Source: Takakia lepidozioides
Lineage: Eukaryota > Plantae > Bryophyta
DNA length: 64,000 nt
Direction: 5' to 3'
Assembly (NCBI GenBank): GCA_030704615.1
Contig: CM060734.1
Span: 46,066,001-46,130,000 of the forward strand
Position numbers and translations under genes: made by a program
Notes under the pieces: generated by a model
Database searches by the model: none
Seen by the model: only the letters and a program-made list of their open reading frames with translations
What the model was told of the DNA's origin: nothing
Shown here: in pieces, positions 12,915 to 24,399 of the stretch
Layout: every line of letters begins with the position of its first letter
Position numbering within the stretch: position 1 is the stretch's first letter

Positions 12915-13173
12915 TCGCCCCCCTAGCTGGTGCTTAGGTCCCTCTAAGTCCAGGTAGCCACAAGATGTGATAGTGACCATAGCCTCACTAAGTCCTCCAC
13001 CACTATCCCTACTACACTCAAACTCGATAGATCAAGAGGCCGGGTGCAAGAGTTGCCCCATCGTTAGTCGCCGTCTTGCAACCTGTGAACTTGAGCTTGG
13101 GATCTCATGTATTGACTCCTATGAGCTTGGCCTCCCATGTCTTGTTAGCTGCCTCCAGTCATGTCCACTGCCA

Positions 13174-14440
13174 CTATCCCAAGCAGTGTGGACACAACCA
13201 ATCTCCGTCAGGCACCTTCTCAAGAGGTGGTGTCAAGCATCCCATATGCCAACCCCTTGAGCACCGATCACACACCAGCATGGTGGCTGCCCCTTTGGCA
13301 GACCCACAGAGCATGCACCTCAAACCTGCAGGTACCACTGCCAAGTTTGGGTCAACTCTGCCATCGACATTGGGAAGGTGACATGGCGCACAATTACGCA
13401 CATGGTCTTTCCAAGTCATGCCATCCCGACCCTCTAAGATCAGGACCCCTGAGGGCAACACCTCTCGAACCCTCAGAATAACACGCCCTGCAGTAACATC
13501 CAGAGTCGTAGGAGCAGTCTGCTGCAAATAAACATAGTCACCAGGGCTAAACCTCCGAACCCCAGGACGATATCCTCCACCACGTATAGTGGCATACCTC
13601 AACGTATCACGGTGCTGTGCAATGGCAAGGTTCTCAAAAGCCATGGGCATAACTTTCTTGAACAACTCTGCACGCTGATCACATGCACGTACCCACACGT
13701 CCGGATCGTCAAGGTTAAGGACTTGAGCAGTGTCCCTACGAATGGCTGCAGGCAAATCCGGCTCTCGGCCAAAGAGAAGGAAATATGGTGAGAAGGAGGC
13801 AAGTGATGCTTGTTTGCTGAACCTGTAGCCCATGGCTAACCAAGGAACCTGAAGATCCCAATCTCCTAGGTGTCCCTTCTGCAAGCCATACTTGCGCAAA
13901 CCCCTCTTCACCGTCTGAACAACTCTCTCTGCTAAGCCATCGGCCTCAGGATGATCCCGAGAAGTGGTGCGGTGGTCTATCAAGGCTTTATCACACAAAG
14001 CCTGAAACTCCCCCAAGAACTCTCTCCCTTGGTCCGTGAGTACCTCAGCTGGAGCATCAAATCGGCTAAGCACACGATCCAAGAATGCATACGCAGCCCC
14101 CTCACTAGCCTTGTCAGGGCAATGGAACCAACTCAATCCACTTGGAGAAGTGCTCCACCATCACCAACACATATCTGTGGTGGCGCATAGTCAGTGGCAA
14201 CGGTCCTGCGAAGTCAAGACTCCACCTATAGCCCAATCCCATGATAGGTAAAGGATGCAACTGTGGTGTAGGGGCGTTGAATGAAGCACGCACCCTGTCA
14301 CACACCATGCACCTAGCCACAAACTGTTGCACCTCTGTATGCATACCACGCCACCAATACTGCCCCTGCAGTAAACTGTGAGTGCGTCGCACTCCAAAAT
14401 GCCCCAACTCCTCATGGGCATGCCGCACTAACCGTGCACG
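13174..14440 (-). CDS. Integrase (H2C2 zinc-binding domain + rve DDE core) with C-terminal PHD finger
   Basis: HEELGH..CMVC, WSLDFAGP, LTDQGREF and HPEADGLAER motifs. Terminal C4HC3 motif CMLC..VCDRC..WHMGC..WLCPHC at ~13180-13325. 1-bp homopolymer frameshift at ~14117. Confidence 0.93.
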
Positions 14441-16149
14441 CTGTGTGGGGTGAGGCACAATCCTCACCCGACCATCCTCCCACACTCGAAGTAGGTGTAT
14501 CCCCTCCCACTTGAACCTCTTGGCTCGTTGCAGGATCCGATCCCTCTCCCTGGCAGTCACAATGGCTGCCGTGTCTCCCGTGCGGAGGTAGTCCAACACA
14601 GCCGAATCCTCATGTATATCTCTGGCACCACCTAGCTCATCACTAGCCTCAGGGTCCTCAGACACTCCGTCTACAGTCATCCCTGTTGTAGGTCCAATCT
14701 GACCTCCCGATGCCAAGATACACAAAAATGCAGATGCGTGCCATCCCGGCACCATTTCCTCGTCCGTCTCACCATGCCACCGAGCTCCAGTGTCATCCTG
14801 CTGGCTCATGCATGGATTGCGACTCAATCCATCCGCATCCCGATTGACCAAACCCGGTCGATGCACAACCTGAAAGTCATACTCCTGGAGTATAAGTGCC
14901 CACCGTGCAAGCTTCCCTGTAAGCTTGTCTGACTCCATCAACCACTTGAGTGGCTGGTGATCCGTGACAAGGGTGAAAAGATTGCCGTATAGATAGCACC
15001 TGAAGTGTGCCACGGCCCACACTGCAGCTAAGCACTCTCCCTCATATGAGCTGTACTTAGCCTCTGCAGTGTTGTTTGAGCGGCTAGCGTAAGCCACTAC
15101 GAACTCTCTTCCCTCATCATCCACCTGTGTGAGCACCGCTCCAAGCCCCAGCATGCTCCAATCCGTATGCAGCTGAAAGGGACGCCCCCTGATAGGTCGT
15201 CTCAAGATAGGCGCCGAGGTCAACCTCGCCTTGAGCTCTTGAAAAGCTCGTTCCTGCTCATCTTCCCACTGCCACTCCTGGTCCACCTTGGTCAGCTTGG
15301 TTAGAGCCTTTGCAATGGTACTAAATCCCTTGACAAACCGTCTATAATAGTTTGCCAACCCCATGAAAGCTCGAACTCGGCTCACATCCGTGGGGCGTGG
15401 AATTTGTGCAATGGCCTCTACCTTAGTCTGCTGTACCCCCAATCCTCCAGGATATATCATGTGACCCAGATACTCAATCTGGTTGTGGAAAAACTTGCAC
15501 TTCCCCGGATGCAACTTCAATCCGTGCGCTCTCAAGCGCTCCAATACCACCTGAAGGTATCTCTCATGCTCCTCCATCGTAACACTAAAGATGATGATGT
15601 CATCTATGTAGCACCGAGCAAAGTCCACCCCTGCTAGAATCCTATCCATGACTCTCTGAAACTCTGCAGGAGCATTCTTAAGCCCAAATGGTAAGAACCG
15701 CCACTGATATAGGCAATCCTTGCCGTGCTCATTGATCCCCCAGAATGCCGTCTTCTGCTTGTCCGCCTCCTTGATGGCAACTGGTGATATCCGGATCGTA
15801 AATCCAAAGTGCTAAAGGCCTTAGCATGCCCGATGGCATCAAAGATCTCCTCTGGTGTTGGCATGGCATACTTATCGGACTTGGTCTGACGATTTACAGG
15901 CCGGTAATCACCGCACATACGTCTCTCCGTCCAATTGCCATAGACATCCTTCTTGGCTGGCATCACTGTGGCTGAAGCATACTCTCCCCCAGAGAACTCC
16001 ACCAAACCTGCCTCCCAGAGATCTTGAGTCCTCATCTGAATCAAAGACCTCTCCATGTCACTGTATCTATAGGGTCTCCGAAAGATTGGCGTGTCAGTGG
16101 CCAACTCAATACGGATCTCTTGACCCTTCAGTGCTCCCAAGTCCTTCAA
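14441..16149 (-). CDS. Gypsy-type reverse transcriptase and RNase H
   Basis: PIFRRPYR, RMCGDYRPVN, LDLRSGYHQ, PFGLKNAP and YIDD (~15600) for RT; LHTDWS..GLGAVL, YSSYEGECLA and TDHQPL for RNase H. 1-bp frameshift at ~15776. Confidence 0.95.
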
Positions 16150-16599
16150 ACTAAAGGCAAAGCAATTCCTGTAAAGCCCTCAGGAACCGCCGTATACGTC
16201 GTCTCTCTCCTCCGGTGACAATGGGTCCAATGTCAGGCTCCTAATTGTCCTCCGTAACTACAACTTAAGTCCAGTGGGCTTAGAGGTAGAGGACGCGTCC
16301 CGTGGTTGCTATGCTGCAACCTCTTGAGCAGTACTCCCTGCCTGCTCAGTCAATGACAAGACCTCATCCTGCCCCATCATCTCATCATTGAGGACCTCCT
16401 CAACCCGAGAAGAATCCCAACCTCATCCATCACAGCCGCCTTGGCTGCCAACTCCCCTCTGAACCTCGAGCACCTCCCACGTGTGCCATGGATGCATGCA
16501 CCCCGTGGTCCTCATATGCTCGCCCCCACTCACTGCCTGTACCGTCTCGGTAGGCAGAGAGACCATTGAGGGAAGTGTATTCCGCACTCTGCGTTGCTC

Positions 16600-17560
16600 A
16601 GCTAGAGCCAAGCTGATAATCCAGGTCAAGCAATTGAGATCCATTGCTTGCCCCAACACTTGACGACGTGATGCCTCAGAAAGAGACGACACGCCGTGGT
16701 GGTACCAGTGGTAAAACCCATTGCCCGCTCACGCTCGTCAGCATTAGGCTCCACTAACTGCTTGCTGAGCATCCCACAGGAGGCCAGGTCCACTATCCCG
16801 GAAAGCATGCGATCCTGGGAAGCTGAGCAGTGTAGGTAATGCTGCTCGTGGTTGACCCACCTTGTTGACCACTGCCAACGGCGAACGGTCATCGTGTCTC
16901 ACACGTTGAGACTTCCTCCCTGTGTCCAGAATGTTATCCACTGTGAGATGTGCTGGCCGCTGCACCCCATCAAATGCACGCTTGAGCAGTGCGGGGGGCA
17001 TCATGTTAGTCCACCATAGCCGTGGACGATGAGCCCGTGACCCCACTGTAGCTGCATCTAGCAACACTGCTGACCCAAGCCACGACCGGACTTGATGCAC
17101 ACTGGCCATCACCCTGGCCCGAGAATCGCCCATCAGTGGCACATTCTCCAAGATGTATGCTGGAGATACAGCTTGATGAAGCTGCAAGTGGCGCAAAACC
17201 CGCACCATCTCCCAAAACAGACCCGACCTCGAGTCTCGCAATCCATTGCCATGCCCGGCTGATGAATGCCCTTGGCAGGGCCAACCTGCCACTACCAGAT
17301 CAATGGAGCCAACCCGCTCCAAATCCTGCGCCCCCAGCAACGAAATGTCTGCTGGCAAGGCCTGCTGATATCCACGAATTGCAGACACCGACAACAACTC
17401 AGGGTACCGCTGCACCAACTGAGCAACATGGCGAAGTGAAACGCGTCGTGCAGTCTCATCCCTCTCCACATACAGGTAACGCCGAACTCGTACACCTGCC
17501 TGTAACACAGCAGCCAATCCGGTGCTGATCCCGCCAAACAAGTCCAGAAGACAAATGCCT
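16600..17560 (-). CDS. Dnmt3-like C5 cytosine DNA methyltransferase domain inside the retroelement polyprotein
   Basis: Motif I LDLFGGISTG, II YVERD, IV DLVVAGWPCQG, VI YILENV, VIII LDAATVGSRAHRPRLWWTN; after short frameshifts, IX ERERAMGF and X RRQVLGQAMD. Same ORF (16744-18615) as the protease. Confidence 0.92.
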
Positions 17561-17959
17561 TCATCCGGAGACTGCCACACAATAGGTGTGGTGTCCAATG
17601 GAGACAATTGAGGTGGTCCTGGTGCAATCCCCACACTCTCCTCCTCTCCTGACGGTACAAAAGCCTCCACCCAGGCTTGTTGCACCCGTCGATCAGCATC
17701 CCGCTGCAAATCCTTGCTCGTGCCCCACAATGGAGTCTGAGCAACCATGGTAGGCAACTCCGCCATACCATACATGTCATCCTGCTCTCCCGGAGGTGGT
17801 ACATCCTCTGAATGAGCATTGCCCTCAAGCAACTCTCTAGGCCAACTCACTGCCGCTGTGAATGCTGCTAGTGTCGGCATCTTGCCTCGCTGGGCAACCG
17901 CAACTCCTCCTATGAACGTCACAGGGAGCTGCACACGCCGGCCCTCCCCTGACTGCCAT

Positions 17960-18300
17960 GCAGGCCTATAGGAAGCTGACTCCTCCCAAAAATCCAGGGT
18001 GAAGCCCATGGGGTACAACACTGCCCCACCAACCAGGACATCGTATGAGACTGCGTCTGTCACAATGGCCTTGGCTCGCATCACTGAGCCATCTGTAGGG
18101 TGATCCGGCCGTAGTCTGATAGCCAACTCACGCCGTGTCATGCCCCGAGCCTGCTCCGATCCTCCCAGAGACGTCTGTATCTGGAAAGGACAAGGCTCCA
18201 TATCCGCCTCCGTGAGGCCCAAGCCTGCAATAGCAGCTCTGCCCAGCATCAATGGCTGAGCTCCCGAGTCCAACAAGACCCGCAGTGGCCGGTACCTCTT
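17960..18300 (-). CDS. Retroviral-type aspartic protease domain
   Basis: RVLLDSGAQPLMLG catalytic motif and downstream YDVLVG motif. Confidence 0.85.
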
Positions 18301-18566
18301 GCCTGCCGGTCCACTCAAACAGAAAATGCCATCCTGGTTGTCTAACATGACAACTCCAGGTGTCACCATGGCGCGCTCAATGGCTGGCCTAGCTGGCAGC
18401 TCCATCAACCTGGCAGCTGCAGCTTGCCATGGCGCCGCCGTGGCAGTCTTGACCCTCAAATCCGAGGATCCCTCCGGCACTACACCTCCTACTATCTCCG
18501 CAGAAGATGAAGTAACCTCCCCACTCTCACAGAGTGTAGCTGCCAGCCTGAACACCTCAGCTGGTC

Positions 18567-20472
18567 TTACCCCGGCGTCGCAATCATGGTAGCCGAGAAC
18601 AATGGAGCCTGGCACACAGATGTGGCCGCTCCTAGCAGCACACTAGCTGCCGTAGCCTTGGCAACACTAGGTAGTGGTGCTACCCGTGTAGCTCTCCCCA
18701 ATGGCATAGTAACCTCCGCCTCGGTAACAGTCGGGCGAGAACTAGGTGCCATGGATGGCGTCGACACTGTCTCCGCCAATGTGAATGACTGAGGAAGCCT
18801 AGCCTGACGGCTTGCCTCCCCACGCTGTGGATCCAACTCCACCTCTGCACCTCGTGGCTCAGGAACTCGTGCTGCTCCTCGAGTCACGGCTGCAGCAGAC
18901 TCCACCTGCACTAGTGGTAGTGCTGCTCCACACATGAATCCCATGCCTCCCATATCTCCTCCCTCAGGAGCAGGAGGTGGACCATCCGGCCTTAGAGCCG
19001 GTACCACCTGAGCTGTAGCCATGGCAGCGAGCCTCTGCTCTAGCTGCTGAAGCCGGTTGGCCATGCCTTGGTCAACACCCTGACCTCCGCGTCCTTGGCC
19101 ACGTTGAGCTTGCCCTTGGCCTCGTGGCTGGCCACCTCGTCCCCTCTGGGCTGCTCCACCTGCCCCCGGCCACCATTGTTCCCTTGGAACTGGCCTGGGC
19201 GCAACTCAGGATGCAAACCATAACACTGAGCCTCTCCATGCCCGTGTTTGCCACAATGCCCACACTGTAACTGTGCAGGCTGTGCATGTGCCGGCCCTTT
19301 GCCTCCCTCTGGACAATCCTTCTTGACATGGGGTCCTCCACATGTCCAGCACACCACATCCGCCCGTTGTTGGCCAGCAAATGAAGGGAGAGACCCCTGC
19401 ATCTGAGGTCCTCTCTGCCCTTCCCTGAGCTTCACCTGAGCCCCCTTGTTGCCTTGAGCACGTTGAGGTAGTGGTTGGCTAGGAGCACCACTACCCCGTG
19501 GTGTCTCCTTAGCAAATCCCACCATGACCACTCGTTCCTCCACCATGTTGAGCTCTATCCGCTCTGCCAGCAAAAACACATTTGCTAAGGTGGGTTGGGC
19601 CGCTTGTAGGAGAGTTGCATCCCGCACCCTTCTCCTCAGCTCCTTGTCCAATATCCCATACCAGAATTGGACTGCCTGAGCTTCCGTAACCCCGGGGTTA
19701 CATTTATCAAGCGCCTCATGCGAGTGAAAGCCTCCCTCAAGCTCTCGGTCGGCTTCCGTTGGAACTCTTGCAAGCTCCGCAACTTCTCTGTCCTCACCCC
19801 TTGGTAGTTCCCTCTCAACTCTTCGAAGAACTCCACAACAGGGTTGAAGGCAGGCACGGGTGCTAGTGCTGGTGCGGTAGTGGTTTGGGTGGACGTCGTA
19901 GCTACTGTACCACCAGTCCCACTGCTGCTTGCTGAAGCTGCCGGTGCAGCGGCAGGTGTAGCCACTGCCCTCGTGGCTCTAGTGCCCCTAGTGATGGAGA
20001 CATAGTCGGGTGACCAGTACATCCTCCACTCCTCGATCTCAACCTCATGCCCCCGCCTGAACTCATGGTAATCATCCATAGGCGGCCCCTCAAGGTGCTG
20101 AAACAGCCCTTTCCATGCCATGAACGGCGTAAATAGTTGTGGATTGCACATTTGCTGCAAATCACACCAACTATCAAACTCTTGGATAAAATCATCCAAC
20201 TCAATGGTGCCCACCGCCCCAGAGTACCTTCGTGGCCCCTTGGTAGCTCCATACATCTCCTCCATTGTGTCCCACAATAATGGCAAAGAAACAACTTGCA
20301 CCGCCGGTATGAGCCCTCCTGATTCACAATCCGAATCAGAACCTTCCGTGGAAGACACAGGAGGTGAAGGTGGCCTAAACCGCACACCTCGTCTCGTGTA
20401 CCCACTAGTATCGCTAGTGCTCGAACCGGCACTGTCCCCAGCAACTAGTGGCACCTCCGTGTTGACACTCAA
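18567..20472 (-). CDS. Gag (capsid-like region + two CCHC zinc knuckles), frameshifted
   Basis: LQEFQRKPTESLREAFTRMRRL resembles retrotransposon gag. Knuckles CWTCGGPHVKKDC and CGHCGKHGHGEAQC. Split over ORFs 19636-20472, 19040-19651 and 18567-19064. Confidence 0.85.
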
Positions 20473-20772
20473 CCGGTCATGAACATGTCCCTAACCCCCT
20501 CTCTACAAGGTAACCGGGTAGAGAAACCTGTTGCGGCTTATGGTTTGGAATACTAAGTTCCTAACATAGCCTATACCTGAACTTGCATGACCATGGGAAT
20601 ATCATGAAGATACTCCTCAAACCGCCCTCCACGAGCTTCAAAATTCGGCCTTCCAGACCACATGCCAGTCCTTAGGCAGTCCACCAGTGCCTCCACGAGT
20701 CAGCACAGGCCGTCCACAGGTCAACACGGGCCACCACAGACCAGCACAGGCCCACACAGCTCACTGGTCAGA

Positions 20773-22497
20773 GCCGTCACAGTCCCACAGGCCACTTGGC
20801 ACAGCCTGTCACAGCCCCTCACAGCCTGTCACAGCCTCAAAGGCCTCAGGCACGGCCTGTCACAGCCCGTCACAGCCCGTCACAGCCCCAAAGGCCATGG
20901 GCACGGCCTGTCACAGCCCCTCACAGCCCGTCACAGCCTCAAAGGCCTCAGGCACGGCCTGTCACAGCCCCTCACAGCCCGTCACAGCCTCAAAGGCCTC
21001 AGGCACGGCCTGTCACAGCCCCTCACAGCCCGTCACAGCCCAAAGGCCATGGGTACGGCCTGTCACAGCCGTCACAGCCCCACAGGGCACAGGGCACAGC
21101 CTGTCACAGCCCCTCACAGCCCGTCACAGCCCCAAAGGCCTCAGGCACGGCCTGTCACAGCCCCTCACAGCCCGTCACAGCCCCAAAGGCCATGGGCACG
21201 GCCTGTCACAGCCCCTCACAGCCCGTCACAGCCTCAAAGGCCTCAGGCACGGCCTGTCACAGCCCCTCACAGCCCGTCACAGCCCCAAAGGCCATGGGCA
21301 CGGCCTGTCACAGCCCCTCACAGCCCGTCACAGCCCCACAGGGCACAGGGCACAGCCTGTCACAGCCCCTCACAGCCCGTCACAGCCCCAAAGGCCTCAG
21401 GCACGGCCTGTCACAGCCCCTCACAGCCCGTCACAGCCCCAAAGGCCATGGGCACGGCCTGTCACAGCCCCTCACAGCCCGTCATAGCCTCAAAGGCCAT
21501 GGGCACAGCCTGTCACAGCTCGCCACAGCCTGTCACAGCCGTCACAGCCGCACAGGCCTCAGGCACAGCCTGTCACAGCCCGCACAGCCGTCACAGCCCA
21601 AAGGCCACTGGGCACAGCCTGTCACAGCTTGCCACAGCCTGTCACAGCCCGTCACAGCCCCACAGGCCACAGGGCACAGCCTGTCACAGCCCCTCACAGC
21701 CCGTCACAGCCTCAAAGGCCTCAGGCACGGCCTATCACAGCCCCTCACAGCCGTCACAGCCCCAAAGGCCTCGGGCACAGCCTGTCACAGCTCGCCACAG
21801 CCTGTCACAGCCCGTCACAGCCCCACAGGCCTCAGGGCACAGCCTGTCACAGCCCCGCACAGCCCGTCACAGCCCCAAAGGCCACTGGGCACAGCCTGTC
21901 ACAGCCTGACACAGCCCATCACAGCCCCACAGGGCACAGGGCACAGCCTGTCACAGCCCATCACAGCCTGTCACAGCCCGTCACAGCCCCAAAGGCCACA
22001 GGGCACAGCCTGTCACAGCCTGACACAGCCCGTCACAGCCCCACAGGGCACAGGGCACAGCCTGTCACAGCCCATCACAGCCTGTCACAGCTTGCCACAG
22101 CCTGTCACAGCCCGTCACAGCCCCATCACAGCCTCAAAGGCCTCAGGCACGGCCTATCACAGCCCCTCACAGCCCGTCACAGCCCCAAAGGCCTCGGGCA
22201 CAGCCTGTCACAGCCCGTCACAGCCCCACAGGCCTCAGGGCACAGCCTGTCACAGCCCCGCACAGCCCGTCACAGCCCAAAGGCCACTGGGCACAGCCTG
22301 TCACAGCCTGACACAGCCCATCACAGCCCCACAGGGCACAGGGCACAGCCTGTCACAGCCCATCACAGCCTGTCACAGCCCGTCACAGCCCCAAAGGCCA
22401 CAGGGCACAGCCTGTCACAGCTTGACACAGCCCGTCACAGCCCCACAGGGCACAGGGCACAGCCTGTCACAGCTTGCCACAGCCTATCACAGCCCCA
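20773..22497. repeat. Tandem array of (GT)CACAGCC cores in a ~51-bp higher-order unit, inside the retroelement leader
   Basis: Unit AAAGGCCTCAGGCACGGCCTGTCACAGCCCCTCACAGCCCGTCACAGCCTC has period 51 at 20941. Variant units continue for about 1.7 kb. Confidence 0.97.
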
Positions 22498-22959
22498 CAC
22501 ATGGCCGCTCTGGCAGTTTAGCCATTTCTCCAAGGGGTTTAGCCACGCCAAGCTAGGGTTTGTGTCTCTGGGACTCTAGGCTTCTTTCCACCGAGCTATG
22601 GCGGCTGTGAGGAACTCAGCAAGGTATTCTTGTTCTTTCGGCTCCCACACACCACCATAGTAGCCCTAAGCCATGAGGTGGTTGCCACAAACCAAGCCTT
22701 CTTTCTCACTTAGCCTCCCCAAACACGCCACTAAACTCAATGGCAAACAACCAAGCCCTGCTGGTTCCCAGCCCTTGTGAGCACTCATTCAAGCACTCTC
22801 CTTGGCCATAGCATCTGTCTTAGAGCCTATTCCAGCCCCCTACACCTGCTGCTTCAAGAGTTGCGCTCCCTTCAAGCTTGAAGTTGAAACCCCAACTCAC
22901 ATAGGCCCTACAAGTGCTTTTCTTTCACTCCAAGTGGAAACCAGCCCTAGACCTTCCGT

Positions 22960-23360
22960 TCTAGCTCTCTAAGGCTTGAAAACAAGAGCCTCAATGGGCT
23001 GAAGGCATGCTCCACACATGCCCCACTCTCACCATAAGAGAATCAGCTCCTTTGCTTCATTTCTTGCACCCACAAACCTGAAAATACAAGCTTCAGCAGG
23101 CTGAAAGCATGCTCTACATGCCCTACAGGGAAACCAGCCCCTTCCTTCCTTCCTTGCACTCCCACACCTAAAAGTGCAAGCCTTCACCAGGCTGATAGCA
23201 TGCTCCACACATACATTGCCCTCACATAAGGGAAGTCAGCCCTTCCCTCTTCCTTGCTTGCCCTCCAAGCTTGAAGATGGAAGCTTCAATGAGCTGAATA
23301 CATGCTCCACACATGCAACCTCTTCACACAAGAGATATCAGCCCCCTATCTTGGCTCCTT
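22960..23360. repeat. Four degenerate ~100-bp repeats in the retroelement leader
   Basis: Core GCTGA(A/T)(N)2CATGCTC(C/T)ACA recurs at ~22997, ~23100, ~23191 and ~23293. Confidence 0.7.
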
Positions 23361-24015
23361 GGCTCCTTGATGCTCTCTAAGACAAGACTAAGCACTCCAC
23401 AGCCCTTGCCAAGCTCCTGAAACCCTAAGGCTTACATTTCCAGCCACAAGACACTTCTCTTGTGGTGCAAGAGCTCTTCTTCCAAGCTCTGAAACCCTAG
23501 GTGCACATTCCATGGCCTTGCCGCACCTCTTAGCTCCTGTTCCAGCCCTGCTCTTGCCATGACAAGAGCCCTCTCAATACTGAAGCTCGAGATTGAAACC
23601 CAATCTCACCATACTCCACAAAGTGCACTGATTTGCCCCAAGCCAAATCAGCCCTTTCGCTTGGTCTTGCAATCCTTCACACAATGACAGCTCGCATTCC
23701 CAAGTCCACTTCTCAGCTTTGCCACCAAAGCCACTATAACCTGCTCTTGACTGGTCCTCTTCCCAATCGTGCTTGCTCATGCATGTACACAATCTGAAAC
23801 CATCAAGGTGCTCTGGAATTACCTACAGTATGGTGCTTTCATCTCTGAAGCTGAAGATCGAATGCCAAGGTTTACCACCTCGTAACCCACATCGCCTCCG
23901 CTTCTAACAACCAAGAGCTCCACGGTGCTCCTTGCATAACAACTTGGTTTCTCTCATTCTCAAGCAAAAACCACAAGTGCTACAACTAACTCGTATCTAG
24001 CACTCATAGATACGA

Positions 24016-24032
24016 GCTCATCTTTCTCGAGT
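24016..24032 (-). promoter_or_regulatory. Putative self-priming primer-binding site
   Basis: GCTCATCTTTCTCGAGT (24016-24032) is the exact 17-nt reverse complement of 24196-24212 in the terminal repeat. It lies where a tRNA PBS (TGG...) would be expected, and none is present. Confidence 0.65.
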
Positions 24033-24358
24033 GATAAAGAAGAAGAATACAAGCACAAGCTCATGCGAGCTCACAAAGCTGAAGCATAAACTCATGCATA
24101 TATAACCTCATCACTCAAATACAAGTCAAGCCAAGTGCACCCCATGCCATGGGGAATCCACACTACGGCGCCATAGCTAGGCGCGGTGAGGCTCAACTCG
24201 AGAAAGATGAGCCTCCCGCGCTTGCCGTGAAGATAACCACTCCAGGGCCTAAATCTGCCTTGACCCCTGGATTGACACTTGGGCCAATCCCAAATGTCAA
24301 TATGTAAAAGCTAGCTATTTCCTAGCTAGTTTCACACTAGTGGTAAAATAACTTGACA
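24032..24358 (-). repeat. 5' terminal repeat (B+C, 327 bp; TGTCAAG...TTATCA in element orientation)
   Basis: Matches 12198-12524 except for a C/T change at a CpG (CCCACGCC vs CCCATGCC). Confidence 0.95.
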
Positions 24359-24399
24359 ACTGCAATACTATTTCTCGTCGTCCCTTTCTAAGATTAGTT

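Larger units (their letters stand above)
12009..24358 (-). mobile_element. Ty3/Gypsy-type retrotransposon carrying a C5 DNA methyltransferase and a PHD finger, with split terminal repeats
   Basis: TG...CA outer ends. 4-bp TSD ACTG at 12005-12008 and 24359-24362. Terminal repeats 12198-12524 and 24032-24358 differ at one base that I can see. Domain order is gag-PR-(DNMT)-RT-RH-INT. Confidence 0.95.

Noticed and set aside
16600-17560. Methyltransferase as bacterial restriction-modification contamination or a host DRM/CMT gene
   Set aside because: It is fused in frame to a retroviral protease inside a TSD-bounded element, has no introns, shows unpermuted Dnmt3-like motif order, and has no UBA, BAH or chromo domains.
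20773-22497. Possible CRISPR-like array
   Set aside because: No unique spacers, no cas genes, and a eukaryotic context.
20662-22579. Long plus-strand ORFs (415, 266, 586 and 316 aa) rich in HSPSQP/TAC repeats
   Set aside because: They arise from a stop-poor tandem array with a 51-bp (3n) period, open in all three frames and antisense to the element. No evidence of a protein.
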